This document shows, in pieces, positions 53,255 to 62,981 of a DNA stretch of 64,000 nucleotides. A program made the translations under genes and the position numbers. The DNA is from Candidatus Sericytochromatia bacterium (GTDB lineage: Bacteria > Cyanobacteriota > Sericytochromatia > S15B-MN24 > UBA4093), in the NCBI GenBank assembly GCA_036676985.1, contig JAKFBU010000039.1, forward strand, positions 148,845 to 212,844. The letters are read 5' to 3'. The notes under the pieces are model-generated. The model was not told the origin of the DNA. It ran no database searches and saw only the letters and a program-made list of their open reading frames with translations. Within the stretch, counting starts at the first letter, position 1. Every line of letters begins with the position of its first letter.

Positions 53255-53348
53255 GTCTTCTCACACCCCCTGCCCCCTGCGGAACCCTCGGTTGCCGGAC
53301 GATGGACTCGGTGTGACGGAGGAGTTACGAACACGAAAGGGGGCCCCC

Positions 53349-53714
53349 ATGATTGGCAAGTTTGGACTCTACCTGCTGTCGACCGGGCGCATCAGCGAGG
53401 CGGACCTGGAACGCGCCGCTGCCTACCGTAGCGAGCACCCGTTCCTGAGGATCGGCGAAGTGCTCGTCAGCCAGCGCGCTCTGAGTCTGAGCACCCTGAT
53501 CGACGGGCTCGAGGAGTATCGCGGCCAGTGCAAGCTCGGCGAGATCCTGCTCATGGATGGCGTCATCACCGGCGCCCAGCTCGAAGAGGCCCTCATGGTC
53601 CAGGCCTCGACCGGCCTTTTGCTCGGCAAGATCCTCGTGGACCTGCGTTGCTGCAGCTTCGATGCGGTGATGAAGGCCCTGGCGACCCAGCGCAGGCTCC
53701 AGACCGCGGCCTGA
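53349..53714 (+). CDS. Standalone MshEN-repeat protein (candidate c-di-GMP receptor)
   Basis: RIGEVLV, KLGEILLMDGVITGAQLEEALMVQ, LLGKILVDL...ALATQ. Confidence 0.7.
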   Translation: MIGKFGLYLLSTGRISEADLERAAAYRSEHPFLRIGEVLVSQRALSLSTLIDGLEEYRGQCKLGEILLMDGVITGAQLEEALMVQASTGLLLGKILVDLRCCSFDAVMKALATQRRLQTAA

Positions 53715-53775
53715 GTCGGCAGGAAACTTTCTCGCTCCAGACAAGGCCGCGCTAAAGATCCCGATAAGACTCGGT

Positions 53776-54633
53776 ATGGGACGAGTTACGACCAACCGAA
53801 AGCTCGCCGGGGCGATCGCCCTGGGCTGCCTCATGGCCGCCCTCTCCACCGCCTGTGCCTTGCCGGGAACGACCGCGGGCCGCGGGCTCGACGAGAAAAG
53901 CCAGTCCTTCCGGGCCCACGACGTGCCTCCGGACGGCTACTACGACCCCGCCAAGGACAAGACCGGCCGTGAGCTGCTCACGACCCTGTCCCAGATCATT
54001 TCCCGCAACCGCGACCTGGGCTATGACGCCGCGCGCGACCTGATGTTCGGCTGGATCGACGATCCCCAGGGCATCGACACCATCGAGTGCGTCTACACCG
54101 GGCGCCGCCTCACGGGCGTGACCGACCGGACCACGGCGTTTCGCAACGGGACGGGCCTCAACACCGAGCACACCTGGCCCCAGAGCATGGGGGCCAAGGG
54201 GGGCAAGCCCAGATCCGACCTGCACCACCTCTTTCCGACCGACACGAAGGCCAACAGCTCCCGGGGCAACGCCCCCTTCGGAGAGGTCATGTCGCCCCTC
54301 ATCATGCTGCCCGATCTGCCGATGATGCAGGACCGTACCCGGTCGGGCCTCGACGAGCACGGATTGGCCGTGTTCGAGCCGCGCGACGTCCACAAGGGCA
54401 ATGCGGCACGCGCCATTCTTTACTTCTACACCCGCTACGCCCTCAAGGGCGGTGGCGGCATCAGCCTCGCGAACTTCCAGAAGGAGAAGGCCGTCCTTCT
54501 CCGGTGGCACGCGGAGGACCCGGTGGACGACGCCGAACGCCTGCGCAACGACAGCATCTACAAGGCCCAGGGCAACCGCAACCCCTTCGTCGACCACCCG
54601 GAATTCGTCAGCCAGATCGGGGCCTTCGACTAA
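53776..54633 (+). CDS. Endonuclease I family extracellular nuclease (lipoprotein)
   Basis: NTEHTWPQS, SDLHHLFPTD..ANSSRGN, KGNAARAILYF, QGNRNPFVDHPE. Confidence 0.92.
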   Translation: MGRVTTNRKLAGAIALGCLMAALSTACALPGTTAGRGLDEKSQSFRAHDVPPDGYYDPAKDKTGRELLTTLSQIISRNRDLGYDAARDLMFGWIDDPQGIDTIECVYTGRRLTGVTDRTTAFRNGTGLNTEHTWPQSMGAKGGKPRSDLHHLFPTDTKANSSRGNAPFGEVMSPLIMLPDLPMMQDRTRSGLDEHGLAVFEPRDVHKGNAARAILYFYTRYALKGGGGISLANFQKEKAVLLRWHAEDPVDDAERLRNDSIYKAQGNRNPFVDHPEFVSQIGAFD

Positions 54634-54690
54634 GCCCCGGATCGAAACAAGCCCGCCGAGCCTTGGCTCGGCGGGCTTTCGTTCGGTCGA

Positions 54691-55017
54691 CTACTCGGTG
54701 ACGACGGCCGTGCCGTTGGCGCTCACCATGATCATGTTGCCGCCGTTTCCGCTGCCGAGGGTCTCGTAGTCGAGATCCACGCCCACGATGGCGTTGGCGC
54801 CGAAGCGCTTGGCCTGCTCCATCATCTCGTTGACGGCGATCTCCTTGGCCTTGCGCAGCTCCGACTCGTAGGAGGCCGAGCGCCCGCCCACGATGTCCCG
54901 GATGCTCGCGAAGAAGTCCTTGAAGATGTTGGCGCCGAGAATGGCCTCACCGCCCACCAAGCCGACGTACTTGGTGATGCGCTTGCCTTCGATGTTGGAA
55001 GTGGTGGTGACGATCAT
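54691..55017 (-). CDS. UPF0145/YbjQ family protein
   Basis: [40 protein letters not shown]. Confidence 0.92.
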   Translation of the reverse strand: MIVTTTSNIEGKRITKYVGLVGGEAILGANIFKDFFASIRDIVGGRSASYESELRKAKEIAVNEMMEQAKRFGANAIVGVDLDYETLGSGNGGNMIMVSANGTAVVTE

Positions 55018-55139
55018 GGGCTCATCCTTTCAGTGGCGGGATCCGGGCGTCCGGTGACGCGTCCGATCGAGACTGGGACGATTATACGGGACCCTCGCGA
55101 GCAGGCAAGCCCCAATGGTTAAGAGACGATAAAGAACCC

Positions 55140-56552
55140 ATGCCTTTCAAACGCTTGAACATGCTCGCCGCTTGCTTCCTCCTGGCCGCCTGGACGATCG
55201 ACGGCTGCGCCTTGCCCGCCTCGCGCGCGAACGCCGAGAGCCGGGTGACAAGCCAAGGTCTCGGCATGTCGCCCATGCCCGCGTGGGTCGAAGGCGCCGT
55301 CGTCTACGGCGTGGTACCGCCCCTCTTCGGTGAGGATCCCTTGCAGGACGTCATCGGGCGGCTCGATTACCTCAAGGAGCAGGGCGTGGATGCCCTCTGG
55401 CTCTCGCCGCTCAATGCAACCGACGATCCGAGCGCCATCAGCTACGCCGTCACGGACTACCTGGCCATCCGGCCCGACTTCGGGACCCAGGAGGACTTCC
55501 GGCGCCTGGTCAGCGAGGCCCATGCCCGCGGCATGCGGGTGCTCATGGACTTCGTTCCCAACCACACGTCCACCGGGCACCCGCACTACCAGGACACGGT
55601 CGCCAACGGTCGCAACTCCAAGCACTGGAACGACTATGTCCGGGACAAGAGCGGCGTGGCCCAGCACTACTTCGACTGGACCAACCTCAAGAACCTCAAC
55701 TACGACGAGCCGGCCGTCCAGGCCATGATGATCGACGCCTTCTCCTTCTGGGTCCGGGAGATGGGGGTCGACGGCTTCCGGGTCGACGCGGCCTGGGGCG
55801 TCAAGGATCGCACGCCGTCCTTCTGGCCCAGGCTGCGTCAGGCCATCGGGCCGAACGTCTTCCTGCTCGCCGAGGCGAGCGCCCGCGACCCCTATTACGT
55901 CCGCAACGGCTTCGATGCGGCCTACGACTGGACGACCGAGCTCGGCAAGTGGTCCTGGGAGACGGTCTGGGCCAAGCCGGGCCAGGCAGGCGATCGCCTC
56001 AGGACCGCCTTGGGGGGCCGCGAAACCCCTCCCGAGCGGATCGCGCGCTTTCTCAACAACAACGACACGGGGGCCCGCTTCATCACCCGCTTCGGCGTCG
56101 CGCAGCAACGGGTGGCGGCGGTGCTGCTCCACACCCTGCCGGGCATTCCCGTCGTATACTCCGGCGAGGAGGTGGGGGCCGAGTTCGAGCCCTACGAGGA
56201 TCCTCCGCCCCTGTCGTGGCAGGACCCGCACCGCCTGCGTCCTCTGTACCGGAAGCTCGCGGAGCTCAGGGGCTCGCACCCGGCCCTGCGCTCGGGGAGC
56301 TGGGTCGAGGTGCCCGTGCGGCAAAATCCCGGCGCCTATGCCTTCGTACGGGATGCCGGCCGGGGGGCATGGACGCTCGTGATCCTCAATTTCGGCGGGC
56401 CGAGCCGGATCGAGCTGGAGCTGCCCTCCGCTTACCGGTCGGCGAAAGGGAGCTTGACCGACCTGCTGACGGGACGAAGCGTCCCCGTGGTCCCGGGTCC
56501 CACCACGCGCCTCGAGCTGCCAAAGCAGCAGGCGCTCATCCTGGCGCCCTGA
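55140..56552 (+). CDS. GH13 alpha-amylase family glycoside hydrolase
   Basis: DFVPNH, DGFRVDAA, LLAE, FLNNND conserved regions. Confidence 0.9.
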   Translation: MPFKRLNMLAACFLLAAWTIDGCALPASRANAESRVTSQGLGMSPMPAWVEGAVVYGVVPPLFGEDPLQDVIGRLDYLKEQGVDALWLSPLNATDDPSAISYAVTDYLAIRPDFGTQEDFRRLVSEAHARGMRVLMDFVPNHTSTGHPHYQDTVANGRNSKHWNDYVRDKSGVAQHYFDWTNLKNLNYDEPAVQAMMIDAFSFWVREMGVDGFRVDAAWGVKDRTPSFWPRLRQAIGPNVFLLAEASARDPYYVRNGFDAAYDWTTELGKWSWETVWAKPGQAGDRLRTALGGRETPPERIARFLNNNDTGARFITRFGVAQQRVAAVLLHTLPGIPVVYSGEEVGAEFEPYEDPPPLSWQDPHRLRPLYRKLAELRGSHPALRSGSWVEVPVRQNPGAYAFVRDAGRGAWTLVILNFGGPSRIELELPSAYRSAKGSLTDLLTGRSVPVVPGPTTRLELPKQQALILAP

Positions 56553-56565
56553 GTCACGGAAGAGC

Positions 56566-56645
56566 GAAAGCCCGCCGGGTGTGCGACCGGCGGGCTTCAG
56601 TTCAGAGAGGTGAGGTGGTGCGCTCTTGATGCTCTTATCTTGCCA
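56566..56645 (-). ncRNA. Putative sigma54-type small RNA, copy 1
   Basis: 68-nt block 67/68 identical to 57643-57710; TGGCA..GC with GG-N10-GC spacing; C-rich body; terminator hairpin. Confidence 0.5.
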
Positions 56646-56714
56646 TTCGCTCGAGCGATCGGCTGTCGGCGCGATCGCTCCCTCCACGTGATCCTGCTTT
56701 CGCTTGCTTGATCG

Positions 56715-56927
56715 CTACTTCTTCTTCTTCTTGACGATGACCTTCTGCACCTTGTAGTGGCCGCGTGCCTGCCCGGGGTGGGCCTTCACGTAGGTGCCGT
56801 CGGCCAGGTAGTAGCCCTTGACCCGGTAGCCGTGGTGATGGTCGGAGTGATAAGCGTAGCGCGGCGCACAGCCCGCCACCATGACCAGGGCCACGAGGGC
56901 GGCCAGCAGGATGCTCATGCGTTTCAT
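56715..56927 (-). CDS. Small basic His/Tyr-rich lipoprotein
   Basis: Lipobox VAGC; VKGYYLADGTYVKAH; poly-Lys tail. Confidence 0.65.
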   Translation of the reverse strand: MKRMSILLAALVALVMVAGCAPRYAYHSDHHHGYRVKGYYLADGTYVKAHPGQARGHYKVQKVIVKKKKK

Positions 56928-57061
56928 TCTGAATCCTTCCCTTCGTGTGAGCATGACGACGGTGGCATCATAGGGTGCCAAGACCAACTCCTCGTGGCGA
57001 CAGCATTTCAGGAAGATTACCTCGCCACAAGCGGCATAATCAGGCCATCACAGCGATGAGA

Positions 57062-57571
57062 CTAGGGATTGAACGGGACGGCGACGGTCTGCGAGGCGAT
57101 CGCCTGCTCGAAGCGCACGAAGGCCTCGGGCTTCGTTCCGACCACCGTCACCGAGTGCGATGCGTTGTCGATGGACACGGCGAGCGTCACGTAGCCCACG
57201 TCCGTGATGCCGGGATCGATCCGGGCCGGCAGATCCAGGAAGCTCTGGCCGCCGAAGGGACGCTCGAAGGCCTTGGCGAGCAGGCCGCTGAGCGCCTCCT
57301 GGCTGATGGACCCCGAGGCCACCACCACCGACGGGCTGCCGGTGCCCGACCCGAACTCCCGAGTCGCGGTCCAGCTCCCGTTTCCGAAGATCGCGAGGGT
57401 GTCCATCTTGAACTGCTCCACCGGCACGAAACCGTCGACCCACTTTTCGGAGATGACGGGCTGCGTCTGGGCGGGGCTCCAGCGCGGCGCGGCATTCTGT
57501 CCCGTGAAGAAGCCGGGGGTGGAACAGCCCGCGAGGGCGACGACGGTAGCGAGACAGGCAACGAGTTTCAT
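57062..57571 (-). CDS. Hypothetical lipoprotein
   Basis: Lipobox LAGC; GGAGG RBS. Confidence 0.7.
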   Translation of the reverse strand: MKLVACLATVVALAGCSTPGFFTGQNAAPRWSPAQTQPVISEKWVDGFVPVEQFKMDTLAIFGNGSWTATREFGSGTGSPSVVVASGSISQEALSGLLAKAFERPFGGQSFLDLPARIDPGITDVGYVTLAVSIDNASHSVTVVGTKPEAFVRFEQAIASQTVAVPFNP

Positions 57572-57642
57572 GGGGACCTCCTCTCGGGGGATGACGACCC
57601 CAGTGGACCACGAACCGGTAACATGGACGGTAACGCGACGCG

Positions 57643-57722
57643 GAAAGCCCGCCGGGTGTGCGACCGGCGGGCTTCAGGTCAGAGAGGTGAGGTGGTGCGC
57701 TCTTGATGCTGTCAGGATGCCA
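57643..57722 (-). ncRNA. Putative sigma54-type small RNA, copy 2
   Basis: Same block and GG-N10-GC spacing as 56566-56645. Confidence 0.5.
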
Positions 57723-57816
57723 CATGATCTCCCGGCCGGCTGTCGGGGCGATCGCACCCGCCGTGTGAGGCAGCTATCGCTCGCTTACCTGCTCTTGGGT
57801 GTGCGAAGGAGGCAAC

Positions 57817-58194
57817 ATGAAGGGCGTCTTCTGGGCCAAGCTGACCGATCCCCGGCAGCTCCTGGATCGGGTCGATCCGCGCTTCGAGCGGATCTTCGCC
57901 GACCACGTGACGCTTCAACCCAAGGTCGAGCTCACGGCGGCCATGCAGCGTCTGCTCGGCCGCAAGACGCGGGCGCACGTACGCGCCGACGCCTGGAACG
58001 ACCACGTCCAGGCCCTGGAAGTCGTGCTGGAGCCCGAGATCGCCGCGCTGTGCGTGAACGAGCACCCGCACATCACGGTGTCCTCGGACGGCACGCCGCC
58101 GAAGCGCGCCAACGACATGCTCGCAGGGGAGCACGACTCGCGCCCCTGCGACTTCTGGGTCGATCTCGAGCTTCAGTTCAAGGCGTTCCGGTGA
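57817..58194 (+). CDS. 2H phosphoesterase (tRNA-ligase cyclic phosphodiesterase-like)
   Basis: Two HxT motifs (HVTL, HITV) and GTPPKRANDML; AAGGAGG RBS. Confidence 0.7.
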   Translation: MKGVFWAKLTDPRQLLDRVDPRFERIFADHVTLQPKVELTAAMQRLLGRKTRAHVRADAWNDHVQALEVVLEPEIAALCVNEHPHITVSSDGTPPKRANDMLAGEHDSRPCDFWVDLELQFKAFR

Positions 58195-58317
58195 AGCGGC
58201 ACTCGCCAGCCCAGGGCCTGGTGGGTGAGCATGCCCCAGCTGCCGGGGCAGAACGCCGAGCGTCAGCTTGGCAATATTTCAACTTCGACATCTTGTCGAT
58301 TTCGCCACCTGAAAGCG

Positions 58318-58540
58318 TTGACAACAAATCCGCAGTGCGATATCTTGAACCAACGCAGCCGTAACCCACCAGTACATCCGCTCCCCCAGCTGAACAGCTG
58401 GGGATCTGACTTTCAAGACGCCCATCGTGGGCATCCCATGGGGTGAGTTCCCAAGGGTGACGCCGGGTAGATCTCTCTTGCCTCTCACAAGACGGGATTC
58501 CTAGCGACCCTTGGTTGAACTCCCCCTATTCTTTTCTCCT
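58318..58540 (+). ncRNA. Sigma70 promoter followed by putative structured ncRNA (~180 nt)
   Basis: TTGACA-N17-TATCTT; several hairpins; no convincing ORF. Confidence 0.4.
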
Positions 58541-58902
58541 CACCGCTCCCCGATGAGGCGCAGGCGGCGGCAATATTCCTCGTAGCTGATGCGCCCCTCC
58601 GCGTAGGATTGATCGAGCTTCAAGCGAATGGACTTGAGCTTCATGGGCTCGGCCGGCTTCCCTGGCGCCGAACGCGGCGGGGGCACGAGCGGCCGGGTCA
58701 TCATGTCCCGGACCTTGATGTCCCATCCGTCCGGTTGCCGCACCGCCACGAGCTTGACCTCCGTGCCGACGTCCAGCTGGACGTAGCCCACCCAGGTATC
58801 CGAGAACTTGCGGTACAGCACCTCCGTCACGACGCCGCCCGAGGACAGGTAGCGCCGGACGAAGCGTTGCATGAGTCCGGAGATTTCTTGGGAGTTCACC
58901 AC
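58540..58902 (-). CDS. Hypothetical protein with C-terminal SHOCT-like motif
   Basis: AAGGAGG RBS, GTG start; LDQSYAEGRISYEEY. Confidence 0.65.
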   Translation of the reverse strand: MVNSQEISGLMQRFVRRYLSSGGVVTEVLYRKFSDTWVGYVQLDVGTEVKLVAVRQPDGWDIKVRDMMTRPLVPPPRSAPGKPAEPMKLKSIRLKLDQSYAEGRISYEEYCRRLRLIGER

Positions 58903-59111
58903 GGGCACCTCCTTCGTATGCACCGAGAGCCGCCGCATGGGGCCGCCGGCCAAGACCGGCGAGCGCCAGGGGGTCTCTCCTGGAGGTGAGTTTCGGACAC
59001 CCGCAGGACTTCTGAATGGCATGTGAGGACACTCACATGCCGGGGCCCGCCTCGTGAGGAGACGCCGAGCCGTGGGTACGTTGCATGTAACACTTGCTCG
59101 CTGGAGGTCCC

Positions 59112-60722
59112 ATGCTCCGAGGCCCTGATCTGACTGGACTCCCCGTGGTGCCGACCACCCCGGCTCCCACCCGGAGCGTGGCCGACGCCCCCACGGTCGA
59201 GCGCGCCCCGGCCACCGACGACTTCCGGGGGACGCCCGAGGTGATCGTCGTCCGACCAGGCGACACCCTCGGCAGCATCGCCGCCCGCCACCACGTCTCG
59301 CTCGCCGAGCTCAAGGAGCTCAATCCCGCGCTCTTCACCGAGGGCCGTGACGCCCGCAACCGCAAGCGCGCCGCCAACGGCCACTGGATCTATCCGGGCG
59401 ATCAGGTCCGCCTGCGACCCACCACGGGCCAGGCCGGCACGGAGAGCTCGACGGAAACCCTCGCGGCCCAGGTGCGGGCCGCCCGCCTGGCGGCGAGCCA
59501 GCCTGAGGCAACGCCCGAAGCCGCCCCCGCGTCCGAGCCGACGTTTACGGCCACGCCCCAGGCAACGGCTCCGTCTGATCCTCAGGAAGCGTCTCCGGCA
59601 ACGCCCCAGGAAACGACCCAGGAAACGACCCAGGAAACAACCCAGCAACCCACGGCAACGTCGACCGAGGCGGCGACGCCCACGGTAGAGCCGGTCGCCG
59701 AGACCTCCGCCGCGCCCGCGCCGAGTCCGGCACCGGCCGCCGACGCCACCCCGACTCCGCCAGAGCCGGCTGCCGTCACTCCGCCCCCTGCCAAGCCCGT
59801 CGAGGTAGCGGCACCCCAGCCGGCGCCCCCGGAGCCCGTCAAGCAGGAGAAGGCGCCCGAGCCGCCCGCCAAGTCCGCGAACGTGTACGCCATCGAGCGC
59901 TACACCCCGCGCCCCCGGCCCACGTCGCCGCCGCCCATGCCGACGACCATGGCCGCGGGCCAGACGCTGAACAAGAAGGAGCAGCTCATCATCGGGGGCT
60001 TGCTCGCGGGGCTGAGCCTGATCAAGCTGCCCAACTCCATCGAGAACTCGATCGGCAACTCCGCGGTGGACGAGGTCCTGTCCAAGACCCCGCTCTACAC
60101 CCGGAACCCGGAGATCGTTCGCTACGTGGCCTCGGTGGGCGCCAAGCTCGTCAACCAGTCCCAGCGCACGGACCTCGACTGGCGCTTCTACGTGGTCGAC
60201 TCGCCGCAGATGAACGCCTTCGCACTGCCGGGCGGCCACGTGTTCATCACGACGGCGGCCCTGCGCAACCTCAAGAGCGAGACGGAGCTCGCGGGCGTGC
60301 TCGGGCACGAGATCGCGCACGTGGAGCAGCGCCACAGCGTCAAGCAGCTCCAGAAGACGCTCCTGGCCCAGGGAGTCGCGATCGCAGCCCTCGGCCGCGA
60401 ATCGGCGGGCGTCCAGGTTGCAGGTCAGCTCGCCATCGGCATCGCCATGAACGGCTACAGCCGCAGCCAGGAGGACGAGTCCGACGAGCGCGGCTCGGAG
60501 CTCGCCTACAAGGCCGGCTACGACCCCAAGGGCCTATTGGGCTTCTTCGAGACCCTGCAGCACGCCCATCCGGACTCCCCCGAGTGGATGGCCTGGGCCT
60601 CGGATCACCCGCGCACGGGCGATCGCATCAAGAACGTCCAGGAGCACCTCGCCAAGAAGGGCCTCACCGATCCCCGTCCCGCGGGCCCGGATCCCTACCG
60701 CCAGGTCATGAGCCGCATGTAG
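59112..60722 (+). CDS. LysM domain + Pro/Thr-rich linker + M48 metallopeptidase
   Basis: VRPGDTLGSIA..IYPGD; NAFALPGG; HEIAH; YSRSQEDESD; SDHP. Confidence 0.88.
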   Translation: MLRGPDLTGLPVVPTTPAPTRSVADAPTVERAPATDDFRGTPEVIVVRPGDTLGSIAARHHVSLAELKELNPALFTEGRDARNRKRAANGHWIYPGDQVRLRPTTGQAGTESSTETLAAQVRAARLAASQPEATPEAAPASEPTFTATPQATAPSDPQEASPATPQETTQETTQETTQQPTATSTEAATPTVEPVAETSAAPAPSPAPAADATPTPPEPAAVTPPPAKPVEVAAPQPAPPEPVKQEKAPEPPAKSANVYAIERYTPRPRPTSPPPMPTTMAAGQTLNKKEQLIIGGLLAGLSLIKLPNSIENSIGNSAVDEVLSKTPLYTRNPEIVRYVASVGAKLVNQSQRTDLDWRFYVVDSPQMNAFALPGGHVFITTAALRNLKSETELAGVLGHEIAHVEQRHSVKQLQKTLLAQGVAIAALGRESAGVQVAGQLAIGIAMNGYSRSQEDESDERGSELAYKAGYDPKGLLGFFETLQHAHPDSPEWMAWASDHPRTGDRIKNVQEHLAKKGLTDPRPAGPDPYRQVMSRM

Positions 60723-60770
60723 TTGGCGGTTTTGAACCGGAATTGGTATTGCTTCCTCACCACAACAATT

Positions 60771-60827
60771 CCGTTCGTCTTGAGCCAGGTCGAAAGCCTG
60801 TCCTGAGCCTGTCGAAGGGGCGAACGG
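60771..60827. repeat. REP-like palindromic element
   Basis: CCGTTCG...TGAGCCAGGTCGAA / TGAGCCTGTCGAAGG...CGAACGG. Confidence 0.5.
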
Positions 60828-60870
60828 TTCCTTATCGAAAAGGCCGCCGGACTCCCGGCGGCCTTTCAAA

Positions 60871-61584
60871 TTACATCAGCGTCTCGCCCGGCGCGAGGTC
60901 GTACTGCGTGTACCCCGCCGTGTGCGTGAGCATGGCCCGGAGCTCGTCCGGCTTGCCCGGCAGCCCGGGGAAGGTGCCGTGGTGCATGGGCACCACCTGC
61001 TTGACCCCCAGGAACTCGATGGCGAGCGCCGTCTCCTTGGGCGACATGGTATAGAGGCCGCCCACCGGCAATAACGCCAGGTCCGGCTGATAAAGCTGGC
61101 CGATGAGCCGCATGTCCCCGAAGACGTTGGTGTCGCCCGCGTGATAAATCTTGAAGCCGTTCGAGAACTCGATCACCAGGCCGCAGGCTTCGCCGCCGTA
61201 GACGATCTGGTCGCCGTCCAGGATGCCGCACGAGTGGTCCGCATGCACCATGGTCACGCGCACGCCCGCGATCTCCTGGGTGCCGCCCTTGTTCATCGGG
61301 CGCGTGTTCGTCAGACCCTTCTTCTCGAGCCAGTGCGCCGTCTCGAAGATGGCGAGCGTCTCGGGCTGGTGCGCGAGCCCCAACTCCACCGCATCCCCGA
61401 TGTGGTCGAAGTGGCCGTGGGAGATGAGCATGGCATCCAGCCGGTCGACCCGGCGCAGCGGCTCGGGACAGGCCGGGTTGTTCATCACCCAGGGGTCGAT
61501 GACGAGGATCTTGCCTTCGGGAGTCTTGACCTTGAAGGTCGAATGCCCGAGCCATGTGAGCTCGATGCCGTTGTCGAGTGCCAT
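60871..61584 (-). CDS. UPF0173 metallo-beta-lactamase-fold hydrolase
   Basis: WLGHS, SHGHFDH, YHAGDT, PMHHGTF. Confidence 0.9.
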   Translation of the reverse strand: MALDNGIELTWLGHSTFKVKTPEGKILVIDPWVMNNPACPEPLRRVDRLDAMLISHGHFDHIGDAVELGLAHQPETLAIFETAHWLEKKGLTNTRPMNKGGTQEIAGVRVTMVHADHSCGILDGDQIVYGGEACGLVIEFSNGFKIYHAGDTNVFGDMRLIGQLYQPDLALLPVGGLYTMSPKETALAIEFLGVKQVVPMHHGTFPGLPGKPDELRAMLTHTAGYTQYDLAPGETLM

Positions 61585-61670
61585 GCCCCTTCCTTTCTCG
61601 TGGTTGGTCGACGTCTGGAAGCGCCACGTGTCATGATGCGTGTCAACCCGCCGAGAATCAAGGAGCCCCC

Positions 61671-62117
61671 ATGAACGCCATCCTGCACAAGACCATCCAC
61701 CTGGACACCACGCCCCAAGAGGCCTATCTCTGGTTCGCCGACAGCGAGCGAGCTGCGGCCTGGCTGGCGGCCGAGGCGGACATCGAGCCGCGCGTCGGCG
61801 GCAAGTTCGAGGTCTTCTGGGATCCCTCCAACCGCGCGCACAACGGCACCCGGGGCTGCAAGGTCACGGCTGCCGTGCCCGGGCAGTTGCTCGCCTTCGA
61901 ATGGAAAGGGCCCCGGGAGTTCGAGTCGTTCATGAACGCGGCCGATCCGCTCACCCACGTGGTCGTGGCCTTCACGCCGAGCCTCCGGGGCGAGGGCACC
62001 GACGTCCACCTGGTGCACACGGGCTGGCGCAGCGGCGCCGAGTGGGAAGAGGCCCGGCAGTGGTTCGACCGCGCCTGGTCCTTGGCCTTCCAGGAGCTCG
62101 TGAGCCTGAACGCCTAG
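61671..62117 (+). CDS. SRPBCC/AHSA1-like protein
   Basis: EPRVGGKF, LAFEW, TDVHLVHTGW. Confidence 0.82.
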   Translation: MNAILHKTIHLDTTPQEAYLWFADSERAAAWLAAEADIEPRVGGKFEVFWDPSNRAHNGTRGCKVTAAVPGQLLAFEWKGPREFESFMNAADPLTHVVVAFTPSLRGEGTDVHLVHTGWRSGAEWEEARQWFDRAWSLAFQELVSLNA

Positions 62118-62935
62118 GCCCGGAACACCCACCAGCGGACGGTCGACGTCTTGACGAAGGGCGATCGCCATTCCCCCTGATCGATCGCCTCCCATCCGAG
62201 CCGCCGGAAGGTCGGCTCGGCCCACGGCTCCTCGCTGCGAAACGAGCTCACCAGCAGGAGCCCGCCCGGCTTGACCAACTTGCGGGCATGGGCCAGGAGG
62301 CCGTCGATGTCGAAGAACCGCCCGGGCAGCCCCCAGTCCAGCACCTCGCGCTTCCGCCAGAACGGAAAGAGGACGAGTGCCAGGTCGTAGCTTCCCTCGT
62401 GCTCCCGGGCGTCCCCCGTGACGTAGCGGCACTCGGGGCAGTCGCGCATGTAGGCCTGGGCGTAGTCGTAGCGGGTGTGGCCGTCGTCGTAGCGATAGTA
62501 GGGGTCGATCTCGATTCCCGTGAGGGAGAGCGATCGCTCCTCGCTCGTTCCGACCCGCCGCAGAAAGCGGCGCATTCCGGGCAGATAGTGCCAGTCCTTG
62601 GCGCCCACGTCGAGCACCGCGAGATCTGCGGGCCAATCGGCCGCATGGGCGGAGAGAGCTGTCTCGAGCAAGCCCACCACGTGCAAGTTCTCCTGCATGT
62701 TGACGCGCTCGTCCGGCCAGTCGAAGGCATAGGCGTCCATGAGTCGGCGGGCCTGGGCCTCGGCCTCCGTGCCCTCAGGATAGAGGGCCGTGAGGTCCTC
62801 GGCAGGAATCACCAGGCTCGGCTTGGGGGAGAAGCGGTGGCGGCGAAAGCCGAAGGCCCAGCGGTTGGCGAGGTCCCAGGCGCCGAACACCAGTCTCCAG
62901 GCAAGGTCCATGGGGGAAGTGGCCATAGGGGGCAT
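62114..62935 (-). CDS. Class I SAM-dependent methyltransferase-like protein
   Basis: VLDVGA, GIEID, GDA, YDL, VKPGGLLLV. Confidence 0.7.
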   Translation of the reverse strand: MPPMATSPMDLAWRLVFGAWDLANRWAFGFRRHRFSPKPSLVIPAEDLTALYPEGTEAEAQARRLMDAYAFDWPDERVNMQENLHVVGLLETALSAHAADWPADLAVLDVGAKDWHYLPGMRRFLRRVGTSEERSLSLTGIEIDPYYRYDDGHTRYDYAQAYMRDCPECRYVTGDAREHEGSYDLALVLFPFWRKREVLDWGLPGRFFDIDGLLAHARKLVKPGGLLLVSSFRSEEPWAEPTFRRLGWEAIDQGEWRSPFVKTSTVRWWVFRA

Positions 62936-62981
62936 CCAGGAAAAAGCTCCGCGGGCCGGGCCCGCGGAGCTCAGAGGCGTT

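Noticed and set aside
58905-59090. Riboswitch in the hairpin-rich region between divergent SHOCT and LysM genes
   Set aside because: Hairpins are present (GGCATGTGAG..CTCACATGCC) but I could not match any aptamer consensus
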